A DNA stretch of 64,000 nt from positions 32,001-96,000 of the forward strand of contig CAVOMX010000012.1 in the NCBI GenBank assembly GCA_963697165.1, given 5' to 3'. Below the pieces are notes generated by a model that did not search any database, was not told the DNA's origin, and was given only the letters and a program-made list of their open reading frames with translations. Each line of letters opens with the position of its first letter. Position 1 is the stretch's first letter. Below are positions 41,975 through 51,629 of this stretch, in pieces. The translations under genes and the position numbers were made by a program. The DNA comes from Candidatus Bathyarchaeota archaeon. GTDB taxonomy: Archaea; Thermoproteota; Bathyarchaeia; Bathyarchaeales; Bathyarchaeaceae.

Positions 41975-43156
41975 ATGCGTGTTCTGTTCACTCCTTCTGG
42001 TGTGGGATTGGGTCATGTTGGTCGATGCATCCCCATAGCCAGAAGGCTTGAACTGGACGGAGCCCAGATTCTATTTTCTACTTACCGCGAAGGCTTAAAG
42101 TATGTTCAACAGGAAGGCTTCCAAGCTGTTGAGGCACCAGACATCGGAGTTGCAGTTAAGCCCGACGGAAGCATAGACTTCAGGTTAACAACAGTAAATC
42201 CTGGACCATTCTTGTCCGTTTACACCATCATGAAGCAGGTTGACGCTGAAATCAATTTTATACAAGCCTTCAAGCCAGACATTGTGGTTTCGGATTCGCG
42301 AGCATCCTCTCTTGTTGCTGCAAAACTGCTGGACATACCCAGAATATGTATTCTAAACCAATTTCAGGTATTTATTCCTCGACGACAAAGGTTCCTGAAG
42401 CTTGCCAGAATAGCAGACGCCACCACTTTGACTCTTGTCGGAAGAGTATGGGCAGATGTAATTCAGGTCTTGATTCCAGACTTTCCTCCACCCTACACTA
42501 TTTCAACCAGAAATCTGTATATTCCAAAGGCTTACCACAAAAAAACGAAGTTCATAGGTCCAATTCTTCCTGTAATCCCAAAAGATTTGGCTGAAAAAAA
42601 GCAGCTTCGAAAGAAACTTGGTTTAGCAGATGATAAACCTATTGTCTTTGCGCCCATCAGCGGACCCGCAAAGGAGCGCGCCTACTTCACGGGACTCCTC
42701 AGGCAAATATTCAGCAAGTTTCCAGATGATTATCAGATAGTCATGTCTCTTGGCTACCCGAAATCTTCAACAGAACCCGTCAATGGCGAAAATCTGATTA
42801 TCCACGGGTGGATTCCGAACCGTTTCGAGTATCTGAAAGCTTGTGATGTTGTGGTTTCTAGGGGTGGTCATGGAACGTTGTCACAGTCGGTCTGTTATGG
42901 GAAGCCAATAATTCTTGTTCCTACGCCCAGTCACACCGAACAACTCAACAACGCCAAAAAGGCAGTTGACTTAGGAGTTGCAGAGCTTATCCTGCAAGAA
43001 GACCTTAATTTGGATGTTCTGTTGAAAGCTGTAAAAAAACTTTTGGAAACCAGTTTTCAGCAAAAGTCAGAGAATCTCCAGAAAGAAGTTATGCAGTGGA
43101 ACGGATTGGAAGCCGCCGTAAAAATAATCGCAGATAATGCACAAAAGAAACTATGA
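41975..43156 (+). CDS. GT-B glycosyltransferase (GT28/MurG-like)
   Basis: GVGLGHVGR, VVSD, SRGGHGT, P...HTEQ..NA. Confidence 0.85.
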   Translation: MRVLFTPSGVGLGHVGRCIPIARRLELDGAQILFSTYREGLKYVQQEGFQAVEAPDIGVAVKPDGSIDFRLTTVNPGPFLSVYTIMKQVDAEINFIQAFKPDIVVSDSRASSLVAAKLLDIPRICILNQFQVFIPRRQRFLKLARIADATTLTLVGRVWADVIQVLIPDFPPPYTISTRNLYIPKAYHKKTKFIGPILPVIPKDLAEKKQLRKKLGLADDKPIVFAPISGPAKERAYFTGLLRQIFSKFPDDYQIVMSLGYPKSSTEPVNGENLIIHGWIPNRFEYLKACDVVVSRGGHGTLSQSVCYGKPIILVPTPSHTEQLNNAKKAVDLGVAELILQEDLNLDVLLKAVKKLLETSFQQKSENLQKEVMQWNGLEAAVKIIADNAQKKL

Positions 43157-43251
43157 TAGTATTATTTGTTATGCCTGTCTCATTAGATTATCTGACTGTC
43201 TAGATAATAACACAACAGTTACATAAGCCCAACAACAAGCCGCTGAATATG

Positions 43252-43866
43252 TTACTTTTTTTGTTTAAAGTTCATTCCAAGAACGTATAGTTCCGCGCTT
43301 TGTGATCTGCTAGCCTTTGGCTTGACAATCTTCACGAAACTGAAATGATGTCTTGCGTCGTAAACGAACCTGTTTGTTATGCTTCCCTGAAAGACCTTAA
43401 CAAAGAAGTTTCCTCCAGCCCTAAGAATGGATGTTGCTATCCGAAGAGAATTGGTTGCGAGGTCGATTTGCCGAGCGTGATCAAGTTCCCAGATTCCGGA
43501 GACGTTAGGCGAAATGTCCGAGACAACAACATCAGCTGAGTGTGGTAAAAACTTTAAGATATCTTGAACTGTTTTCTGTTCTCTAATGTCGCCGGTGATG
43601 GCTAGAGCGTTGGGGGCATCAAAAGGTTCTATCGGTTTCAGGTCAACCGCTAACACAAAACCTGAATCTTCTACAATTTGTATGGCCGCCTGCGTCCATC
43701 CGCCTGGGGAAGCACCTAAATCCACCACCACATCGCCAGGATTAATGAACTGGTATTTCTTTACTGCCTGAAGAAGCTTATAGGATGCACGGGAACGAAA
43801 GTTTTCCTTTTTTGCTTTCCGGTAATAATATTCTCTTTTTCGTTCATTGACCCATGCACTAGGCAA
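43252..43866 (-). CDS. rlmE: 23S rRNA Um2552 methyltransferase RlmE/FtsJ
   Basis: RSRASYKL, DLGASPGGW, VSDISP, FVKVFQG, KPKASR..S.E. Confidence 0.95.
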   Translation of the reverse strand: MPSAWVNERKREYYYRKAKKENFRSRASYKLLQAVKKYQFINPGDVVVDLGASPGGWTQAAIQIVEDSGFVLAVDLKPIEPFDAPNALAITGDIREQKTVQDILKFLPHSADVVVSDISPNVSGIWELDHARQIDLATNSLRIATSILRAGGNFFVKVFQGSITNRFVYDARHHFSFVKIVKPKASRSQSAELYVLGMNFKQKK

Positions 43867-43868
43867 AA

Positions 43869-44246
43869 CTAGTTTTCACCAGTAAGTTCCGTTTCCACTT
43901 GGTCTTGTCCTAGAATCCACGCGGTTAACCTTGGGCAGTCGTTTGGACTAATTGGGCTCCAAGCTCCGCATCTTGCATCGTTCGGGCACATCAGACAAGG
44001 AGAATCAATTATGGAATTGAGTGAAGCAGGTTTTCTTTTAGGAAAAAGGCGATAAGTCCATCTTCCCTCATAGAGTTCCTTCTCGCGGAGAATCAGCCCC
44101 TTGGTTTCCAGTTTTAGGGCAATTCTGCTGCCTTCCCTGCTAGTTGCGTCCAGTTCTCGCCAAAGTTCAGATTGAAGTACGCCATCGTTCCCGTTGTTTG
44201 AAATAAAATTTAATGCTTTGTATTCCAGTTCGTTGCGTCTAGGCAT
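43869..44246 (-). CDS. tfeB: TFE beta subunit (RPC34/hRPC39-like: winged helix plus 4Fe-4S domain)
   Basis: G.LQSELW..L...SREGSR wHTH, then PCLMCPNDARC-x10-C..L..W. Confidence 0.8.
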   Translation of the reverse strand: MPRRNELEYKALNFISNNGNDGVLQSELWRELDATSREGSRIALKLETKGLILREKELYEGRWTYRLFPKRKPASLNSIIDSPCLMCPNDARCGAWSPISPNDCPRLTAWILGQDQVETELTGEN

Positions 44247-44475
44247 CTACTTTCTGTCCTTCACGTATTCAATATTATATAGACACTTTAAGACATAAAA
44301 AGATGTGTGTTTTCTGGCTCCATTTACCTGTGTATTAGCAAAAAAGATTTCTCTCTGTTTAGTTGCTGGATGGATTACAAAACGTTTTAACACTCCCAAT
44401 CCACAATATTTCCTTGTGAACACCAAAAAAGCCGTCACCATCATAAGGTAACGGTTGTTGCGAGGAACCCGAAAA

Positions 44476-45504
44476 TTGTCTGCAAATAATTCAGCAGAAT
44501 CTTACTGTTTAGGAATCGAATCCACAGCAGATGATTTCGGTGCTGCAATTGTATCTTTTGAAGGCAATGTTCTATCAAACGCGAACGACACCTACATGCC
44601 AAAGCAAGGTGGAATCCATCCACGGGAGGCTGCTAGGCACCACGCAGAAGTCTCCGAGAAAGTTCTGGCAGAAGCCTTCGAAAAAGCGTCAGTGAAGCCG
44701 CAGGACATCAGTTTAGTGGCGTTTTCTCAGGGACCCGGATTAGGTCCATGTCTCCGAACAGGCGCAACCGCAGCCCGCGCCTTAGCATCATATCTTGATG
44801 TTCCATTGGTTGGGGTCAATCATTGTGTGGGTCACATCGAAATAGGCAAACTGGCAACTGGAGCCACTGACCCCGTTACATTGTATGTTTCTGGAGGAAA
44901 CACTATAGTTTCAGCCTTCGAAGCAGGAAGATACCGAATCTTCGGGGAAACGTTAGACATTGCAATGGGTAACTGTTTGGATGTTTTTGCTCGAGCCGTA
45001 GGCTTACAGCAGAGGCGTGGTGCACCTTTTGGAGCTGTAGTTGAAGAGCTGGCGCGTAAGGGCAAAAACTTTGTTTCTCTTCCGTATGTCGTGAAGGGTA
45101 TGGATCTGTCTTTTAGTGGGCTTCTTACCGCGGCTGTGCAGGCGTTTCAATTAAAGAAGGGCTCATTGGAGGATATCTGTTTCAGTCTTCAGGAGGTTGC
45201 CTTTTCCATGTTGGCTGAGGTTACTGAACGGGCTTTGGCTCACACACAAAAGCCTGAAGTCCTATTAACTGGGGGTGTAGCCGCTAACAAAAAGCTGCAG
45301 TCGATGCTTCAAGTGATTGCGGATGAACATGGTGCCCGTTTCTGTGCTGTTCCCCTGAAGCTTGCCACAGACAACGGCGCTATGATTGCATGGGCAGGTA
45401 TTCTTGCGTATGGGAGCGGGTTGTCTACGCCTGTGGAAAAAAGTTTTGTTAATGTTAAGTGGCGCTTGGAGGACGTTTATGCCCCTTGGGTTGAGGGAAA
45501 ATAG
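44476..45504 (+). CDS. kae1: KEOPS N6-threonylcarbamoyltransferase Kae1
   Basis: LGIESTA, GGIHPREA, GPGLGPCL, VNHCVGHIE, YVSGGN, ETLDIA, DNGAMIA. Confidence 0.96.
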   Translation: MSANNSAESYCLGIESTADDFGAAIVSFEGNVLSNANDTYMPKQGGIHPREAARHHAEVSEKVLAEAFEKASVKPQDISLVAFSQGPGLGPCLRTGATAARALASYLDVPLVGVNHCVGHIEIGKLATGATDPVTLYVSGGNTIVSAFEAGRYRIFGETLDIAMGNCLDVFARAVGLQQRRGAPFGAVVEELARKGKNFVSLPYVVKGMDLSFSGLLTAAVQAFQLKKGSLEDICFSLQEVAFSMLAEVTERALAHTQKPEVLLTGGVAANKKLQSMLQVIADEHGARFCAVPLKLATDNGAMIAWAGILAYGSGLSTPVEKSFVNVKWRLEDVYAPWVEGK

Positions 45505-45505
45505 T

Positions 45506-46145
45506 ATGGTGCTGATTAAGAAGGGAGCCGAAGCAAGTCTATACTTGGAAACGTGGCATGACCGCAAAGTCATCATGAAGCGGCGGTTGCCCAAGAAGTA
45601 TCGTATTCCAGAATTGGACCTGCTGATTCGTTCTCAGCGGACAATTCATGAGCCTCACCTTATCCACAATGCTAAGGAGGCGGGGGTTCCTACGCCCACA
45701 ATTTTTATGGTTGACGTTGCAGATGCCAACATCATAATGGAGTTTGTGGAAGGAAAACAGGTCAAAGAAGTGCTAGACAACGTTTCTGCGGAAGAACGGC
45801 TAAGCTTGTGTATTCTTATTGGTACGACTGATTGGGCGGCTCCACAAGCACGGAATCATCCACGGTGATCTCACAACCTCAAACATGATTCTGACACCAT
45901 ATCGCAAGGTTGTCTTAGTTGATTTTGGTTTAAGCGAAAGGTCAGTGGAGCTAGAGCCGAAAGGGGTGGATCTTCATCTCATGAAACGGACTCTCCAGAG
46001 CAGCCATTACAAGCACGCAAAAGAGTGCTTCAAAGCAGTCATGAGCGGCTATGCTGAATCTGTGGGAACGGAAGAGGCAAAAAAGGTTATCGCGAAGGTT
46101 CGTGAGATAGAAAAGAGAGGACGCTACGTTGCCGACAGGGAATAA
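45506..46145 (+). CDS. bud32: KEOPS kinase Bud32 (frameshift near 45824)
   Basis: GAEA, K.R.PK.YR, IHGDLTTSN, DFGL, IEKRGRY. Confidence 0.94.
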
Positions 46146-46218
46146 TTAAACTTTCACTAAAAGTTGACAAAGGCTCTAAATATGGTGAAGTCGTTACGTT
46201 ACGATTCATTGAGGTGAT

Positions 46219-46506
46219 TTGTTGAGGATTCTGCTTGACGAGATGTTCGCTGGCTTGAAAGAGTATTTTGAGATTCTAGGCTGGGATGTTATAACCGCCC
46301 AAGAGGCGGGGCTAAGAGGAGCAAAAGACAGAGCCGTTGTGGAGTATGCTGTAAAAAATGATTTGCTTCTTGTGACTGAGGACCAGAAGCCTGCGGAGTT
46401 GATGAATCTCAAGGGAGCCAAGTACGTTCTTATCTCTAATGCGATGATCGCCAAAATAGCGGACGAAAAAATCAGAGAAAAATATCCCGACCTCAAACAG
46501 AAATAA
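46219..46506 (+). CDS. DUF5615/Mut7-C PIN-like protein
   Basis: ILLDEM, GWDV, G.KD..V..YA, LLVTED. Confidence 0.8.
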   Translation: MLRILLDEMFAGLKEYFEILGWDVITAQEAGLRGAKDRAVVEYAVKNDLLLVTEDQKPAELMNLKGAKYVLISNAMIAKIADEKIREKYPDLKQK

Positions 46507-46582
46507 GCAGCATAACTATTTGTCCATAAAACATTAAATGGTATGCATACAAAATGTTGCATCAACTCTTTAAATTCAAGGG

Positions 46583-47206
46583 ATGATGGCAATGAAACAA
46601 AAAACATGCTTTCCATCAGAGTTTCCGAGAGGTAAAGTAGCCTATTTTGTAACAAGTAACATTCACAAGTTTCAGGAAGCCCAACTTGTCCTCTCTGAAT
46701 ACAAGATTGCAGTCGCCAAACTCAGAGTAGAGGCAGTTGAGATTCAGGATGACAGTCTAGAAAACATCGCAAAATTCAGCATCCAAGATGCCGTAAAAAA
46801 CTGTGGGCTGCCCGTTTTTGTGGAGGACGCTGGACTCTTTGTTGAGGCTTTAAACGGTTTTCCCGGACCCTACTCCAAGTATGTTTACAACACGGTTGGA
46901 GTCAAGGGCATCCTCAAACTAATGAAAAATATTGAAAACCGCAAGGCCTACTTCATGTCCGTTGTTGCCTTTGGCAGCCCAGATGAGCAACCAACATGTT
47001 TTGTCGGCAAAGTGAATGGAACACTTTCTTTGCAGGAGATGGGCACTTCCGGCTTTGGTTATGACCCCATATTTGTGCCGTCAAAGGGCGATGGCAGAAC
47101 CTTTGCCAAGATGACGACAACAGAAAAAAATGGGTATTCGCATCGGGCTGAGGCTCTAAGAAAGTTTGCTTTATGGTATTCTTCCTTTAACAAACGAAGA
47201 TTTTAA
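46583..47206 (+). CDS. rdgB: XTP/dITP diphosphatase (Ham1/RdgB)
   Basis: TSNIHK..E, EIQ, EDAGL, FPGPYS, FGYDPIF, SHR. Confidence 0.95.
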   Translation: MMAMKQKTCFPSEFPRGKVAYFVTSNIHKFQEAQLVLSEYKIAVAKLRVEAVEIQDDSLENIAKFSIQDAVKNCGLPVFVEDAGLFVEALNGFPGPYSKYVYNTVGVKGILKLMKNIENRKAYFMSVVAFGSPDEQPTCFVGKVNGTLSLQEMGTSGFGYDPIFVPSKGDGRTFAKMTTTEKNGYSHRAEALRKFALWYSSFNKRRF

Positions 47207-47254
47207 ATACCCGCGTCCCCTCCGCCTTTAGAGAGCTTCCGGAGAAGAAGAAAC

Positions 47255-47695
47255 ATGCCGAAACAAGAAAAGGGTATATCCCATCAAACAAGACCCGTTA
47301 CCAAGAGACCACCAGCATGGTGCAGATACACAGCTGAAGAAGTGGAGGCTCTTATCCTGAAGTTGTTCAAAGAGGGATTTCCCCCTAGCAAGATAGGAAT
47401 CATTCTTCGTGACCAGCATGGTGTTCCATTAGCGAAACCCATCATCGGAAAATCTGTTACTGAAGTTCTTAAAGAACGGAAAGTGTTCTCGTCTCTTCCA
47501 GAAGATTTAGAAAATCTTCTACGAAAGGCTACTAGCCTTCATGTTCACTACGACAAAAACAAGGCAGATTTACATAACAAAAGGGCGCTCCAGATAGTGG
47601 AAGCAAAAATATACAAACTCTCCAGATACTACAAAAAACGAGGCGTGCTTGCTTCGGACTGGAAATACTCACCAAAGGCAATCGCCCTTTTCTAA
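47255..47695 (+). CDS. rps15: 30S ribosomal protein S15 (uS15, archaeal)
   Basis: S..TRP....P.W, IG..LRDQHG, LPEDL, KIYKLSRYYK. Confidence 0.96.
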   Translation: MPKQEKGISHQTRPVTKRPPAWCRYTAEEVEALILKLFKEGFPPSKIGIILRDQHGVPLAKPIIGKSVTEVLKERKVFSSLPEDLENLLRKATSLHVHYDKNKADLHNKRALQIVEAKIYKLSRYYKKRGVLASDWKYSPKAIALF

Positions 47696-48636
47696 TTTGG
47701 GGTTAACTATTGTCTAACAGTTCCCGAATAATCAATAAAATATCGTAAACTGTCAAGTCTAGAAATAAAATTACTACTTTCGGACGTGACTCTCAAAAGT
47801 GCTGTACCCATAATTAGACATGAAATATTACTGGAATTGGATTGCATTTATCTTTAGAATTTAACTGTGATTGTACACTAGATAATTTAATGTTGCTTTT
47901 TTTGATAAGAAACAGAACCTTGAAAGGAACTGTTAATAATATTTTCATGTTCCATTATTTCTTATACTAGTTAATCACAAATTGATATTCCGTTAATCAA
48001 TTGTTACTGATAATAAGTGGAAAGCAGTACCCCAACTAATCTAAAACTAGCTTTATCTCCCCCTGATGGCTCAGTTTTATTTTTTTTATTACAAGTTAGG
48101 TTACTGCATTCCTAGAAAATAGTATAATGAATTATCCGTTGTAAAATCAAAGTTTGCTAATTGAACCAATAAAAGCCTCAATGCCAGAGTAAGCAACTAC
48201 CAACTAGAAAGTATTAAATTAAAGTCTCCTAACAAGCTGAATTATTTTTTTATATTGAGACTTATTCTATAATGAAATTCCAGAAGGCTTATGTACTGTG
48301 ATCTAAGGTTGTAGCATGTAGTAGGGTAAAAATCTTTATTGAGAGATGAAAATTCCTTCCACCTACCACATACTACATTTTGACTTGTTTTATTAATCAT
48401 ATTTCATTCTTGTTAATCTTGAATTAAGTTTACTATACACTGTTTTGTAGAACGGAAATAGAGCAGCACATCTATACGCACCTTCAGATAGACTCCTTAA
48501 CTAAGAGAGTAATAGTCTACAAAAAAGATTTAATATTCTCTGTCTTATCTCAAGTCTGGATGATTACAAATGTCCTTTAGAAGAGCAAAGAAAGTACCGT
48601 TATTACTCTGTGATTTAACTAAAAATGTGAAAAATA

Positions 48637-50091
48637 ATGTCTGTGAGTAAGCAACAGATTGCCGACCTCACAAAAGATTCAGTTGAGGCGGCTAAGCTTA
48701 TTTTAGACCATGTTGAAAAAGGCGACCTTATTCATGTTTCTTCTCATGTTGACGCTGACGGTTTATCCGCAGGGGGCATCATGGGAAAGGCTCTGCTTCG
48801 GGCAGGAGCAAAGTTTCGTTTACGACTAGAACGGTGGATGGACGAGAAGGTTGCCGATAGGATAGCCAACGAAAATGCGGCTTTAACAATTTTTACTGAC
48901 ATGGGAAGCGGCTACCTTGATCTGCTGGGCGAAAGGCTAGCAAACAGGGACGTAATCATTCTTGACCATCATCAGCCCATCACAGAGATTCCTTCAGGAT
49001 TTGTTCAAGTTAATCCACATACTCATGGAATAGATGGAACCCGCGACATCAGCGGCGCCGGTGTCGCCTACTTTGCCGCGAAAGCAATGGATAAAAAGAA
49101 CATTGATTTGGCTTGTCTTGCGGTGGTGGGGGCGTTAGGTGATTTGCAAGACAAGAATAATGAGCGAAAGTTGAGGGGCGCAAACACGGTTATTCTAGAT
49201 GATGCTGTTAAGTCGGGTTGTCTTGAGGTCGAAACTGATCTGCTGTTTTTTGGGCGAGAAACACGTCCTATTCATCAGGCTCTTGCTCGCACAACAAACC
49301 CGTTTATTCCCGAGATAAGCGGAGAAGAGGACCAGAGTCTTGCTTTTCTCGTAAATTTGGGGATTAAGCCTAAGCGGAATGACAAGTGGCGGGCTTTACG
49401 TGACCTTTCTGGTGACGAGAAGAAGACGCTGCTTTCTGCTATTGCGGATCATTTGGTGTCAAAGGGTTTAGCCGGGGACATCGCATTTGATTTGGTGGGC
49501 GATGTTTACACGTTGACTTATGAGGAGCCTTGGACTCCTCTGCGTGATGCTAGAGAATTTTCTGTCCTGCTTAATGCTACGGGACGCATGGACAAGGCTG
49601 GGTTAGGTGCGGCTATCTGTATGGGCGACAGAAAGAAGTGCCTAGAAGAGGCAACTGAGGTGATACAGGCTTATCGGGGCACCATTACCAAGTATCTTCG
49701 TTGGATTACTGAGAATCCGGAACGACTCGAGGAGTTGGACAGCATCTATGTGGTGCGGGGGGACGGCTTTATTGACGAGAAGGTTCTAAGTCCCGTATGC
49801 ACTATCCTATCGACTACTCTTACTAAGCTGGGAAAACCCATCATCGCTTATGCCACTATCTCAGAGGAGGATCAAGTTAAAGTGTCATCTAGAGGGTCAG
49901 AGCCACTAATACAGAAAGGCTTGAATCTTGGAGCCATCATGCAGTTTGCGGCGGAGAAGTATTCTGGCAGAGGTGGAGGACACGACGTTGCCGCTGGAGC
50001 CCAGGTGCCCATCAATGATGTGGAAGCATTCATCAAGCTTGTTAATGAACTAGTTAAGAAGCAGTTGGCGGGAGAAACAATTGGATGCTGA
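48637..50091 (+). CDS. DHH/DHHA1 phosphoesterase (RecJ-like, GAN/Cdc45 family)
   Basis: H.DADG, D.GSG, LDHH, NPH, GALGDLQ, GGGHDVAAG; conserved rps15-DHH-pcc1 context. Confidence 0.92.
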   Translation: MSVSKQQIADLTKDSVEAAKLILDHVEKGDLIHVSSHVDADGLSAGGIMGKALLRAGAKFRLRLERWMDEKVADRIANENAALTIFTDMGSGYLDLLGERLANRDVIILDHHQPITEIPSGFVQVNPHTHGIDGTRDISGAGVAYFAAKAMDKKNIDLACLAVVGALGDLQDKNNERKLRGANTVILDDAVKSGCLEVETDLLFFGRETRPIHQALARTTNPFIPEISGEEDQSLAFLVNLGIKPKRNDKWRALRDLSGDEKKTLLSAIADHLVSKGLAGDIAFDLVGDVYTLTYEEPWTPLRDAREFSVLLNATGRMDKAGLGAAICMGDRKKCLEEATEVIQAYRGTITKYLRWITENPERLEELDSIYVVRGDGFIDEKVLSPVCTILSTTLTKLGKPIIAYATISEEDQVKVSSRGSEPLIQKGLNLGAIMQFAAEKYSGRGGGHDVAAGAQVPINDVEAFIKLVNELVKKQLAGETIGC

Positions 50092-50323
50092 AATTCGCTT
50101 ATCCTACAAGAATGAACGTGAAGCAGAGGCAGTTTCGAAGGCTGTTTCTCCAGATAATGTGGAGATTCCGTTAGGATTGTACATCAAAACAGTGAGAAAC
50201 GGCTCCGAAGTCAATACAAAAATAAAATGCCAAACTAGGCTGGCGACGCTAATAGCCACTATCGACGACCTTTTGGCGTGTGTTTCAGTAGCAGAAAAAA
50301 CATTCAAAGTAGCAAAAAAATAG
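50081..50323 (+). CDS. pcc1: KEOPS subunit Pcc1
   Basis: A.AV..AV.PDN and TL.ATIDDLL; located downstream of the DHH gene. Confidence 0.85.
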   Translation: MDAEIRLSYKNEREAEAVSKAVSPDNVEIPLGLYIKTVRNGSEVNTKIKCQTRLATLIATIDDLLACVSVAEKTFKVAKK

Positions 50324-50820
50324 CCACTCTACTGAGTGCCGTTGAAATTAGGAGATAAATTCACAGAATAATACAATATTTGTAATTGCATGTAATTGTT
50401 TTGGAAAAAATGCTAACAATCAAAGCAAGCGTCCCCTACATAAGTTGCCACAGGTGGTTGCAACAATTAAGACCAAAACTAGTTTGCGAATAAAAAGGGA
50501 GTTAACACAAATTCATAATTTATTCGTGTTATTTTCCCATCTTTTGGTCATGTTTCTTCTTTTTTTGTTTGTTCTTTTTTGCTAATGATGGCATATATTT
50601 CACCTGCTAGAAATGCTTTCAATTAATGACAATACTGAAGATGCCTATATACTTTGATAAGCAAAACGAAATGGTTCGTTCAAATCAGCAATCATATTGG
50701 GATACTAATAAAAGCTGATTGTTGAAAACAGTCTTTTTTCAGAAAAACCGCCATAATCTATCCCGTATACTTCAACTTTAATAATCTCCTGCCCATTTTT
50801 TAGCTTCTGAGGCAGCAAAG

Positions 50821-51607
50821 ATGGACAACTGGAGACTACTCAAACTCCAAACAGCAGACGCCTTCACAAACATGGCAGTCGACGAAGCAATAATGAAAGC
50901 AAGAATCGAAGACAGAGTACCCAACACCCTCAGACTCTACCAATGGAGGCCCTCAGCCGTTTCCATAGGACGCTTCCAAACCTTAGCAGACGAAATCCAC
51001 GTAGACAACTGCAAAAAACATGGCGTAGACATTGTAAGAAGAATCACAGGCGGCGGAGCCGTATACCACGACCAAAACGGAGAAATCACCTACAGCATAA
51101 TAGCCAAAACAAGTGACCTAGGACTGCAAAGACCTAGACATGCTCTCTGCATACCAGAAAATATGCAGCGGACTAAACGAAGCAGTCAAAATCCTCGGAA
51201 CCAAAGCCGAATATCGTCCACCAGACCCAAAACGGTGCCCAAACCTCACAATAAGCGGAAAAAAAATTTCCGGAAATGCCCAATCATCCAAAAAAGGCAT
51301 ACTGCTTCAGCATGGAACCTTTCTGTTAGACATAGACCACGAAAAAATGTTCACTTTCCTTAGGGTTCCTTGGGCAAAAACATTAGATGACGTGCTTGCA
51401 GTCTCAAAAAGAAAGTTGACCTCTGCAAGGCAAGAGCTTGATTCAAACTTTTCTAACCAAGAGGCCTACCGAGCATTAGTTAAAGGCTTTGAAAAAGCAC
51501 TAAATGTGCAGTTTGTGGAAGAAGAACTCACAGAATACGAACAAAAACTCGCCGAAAAATATAGAAAAGAAAGGTTTGTGACCGAGGAGTTGGACTTTCC
51601 TCGGTAA
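50821..51607 (+). CDS. Lipoate-protein ligase/octanoyltransferase catalytic domain (LplA-N/LipM type; frameshift near 51123)
   Basis: NMAVDEA, LRLYQW...VSIGRFQ, RRITGGGAVYHD, GKKISGNAQ, LLQHGT. Confidence 0.92.
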
Positions 51608-51629
51608 AGCATCAGTTTAGCTGCGTTTT

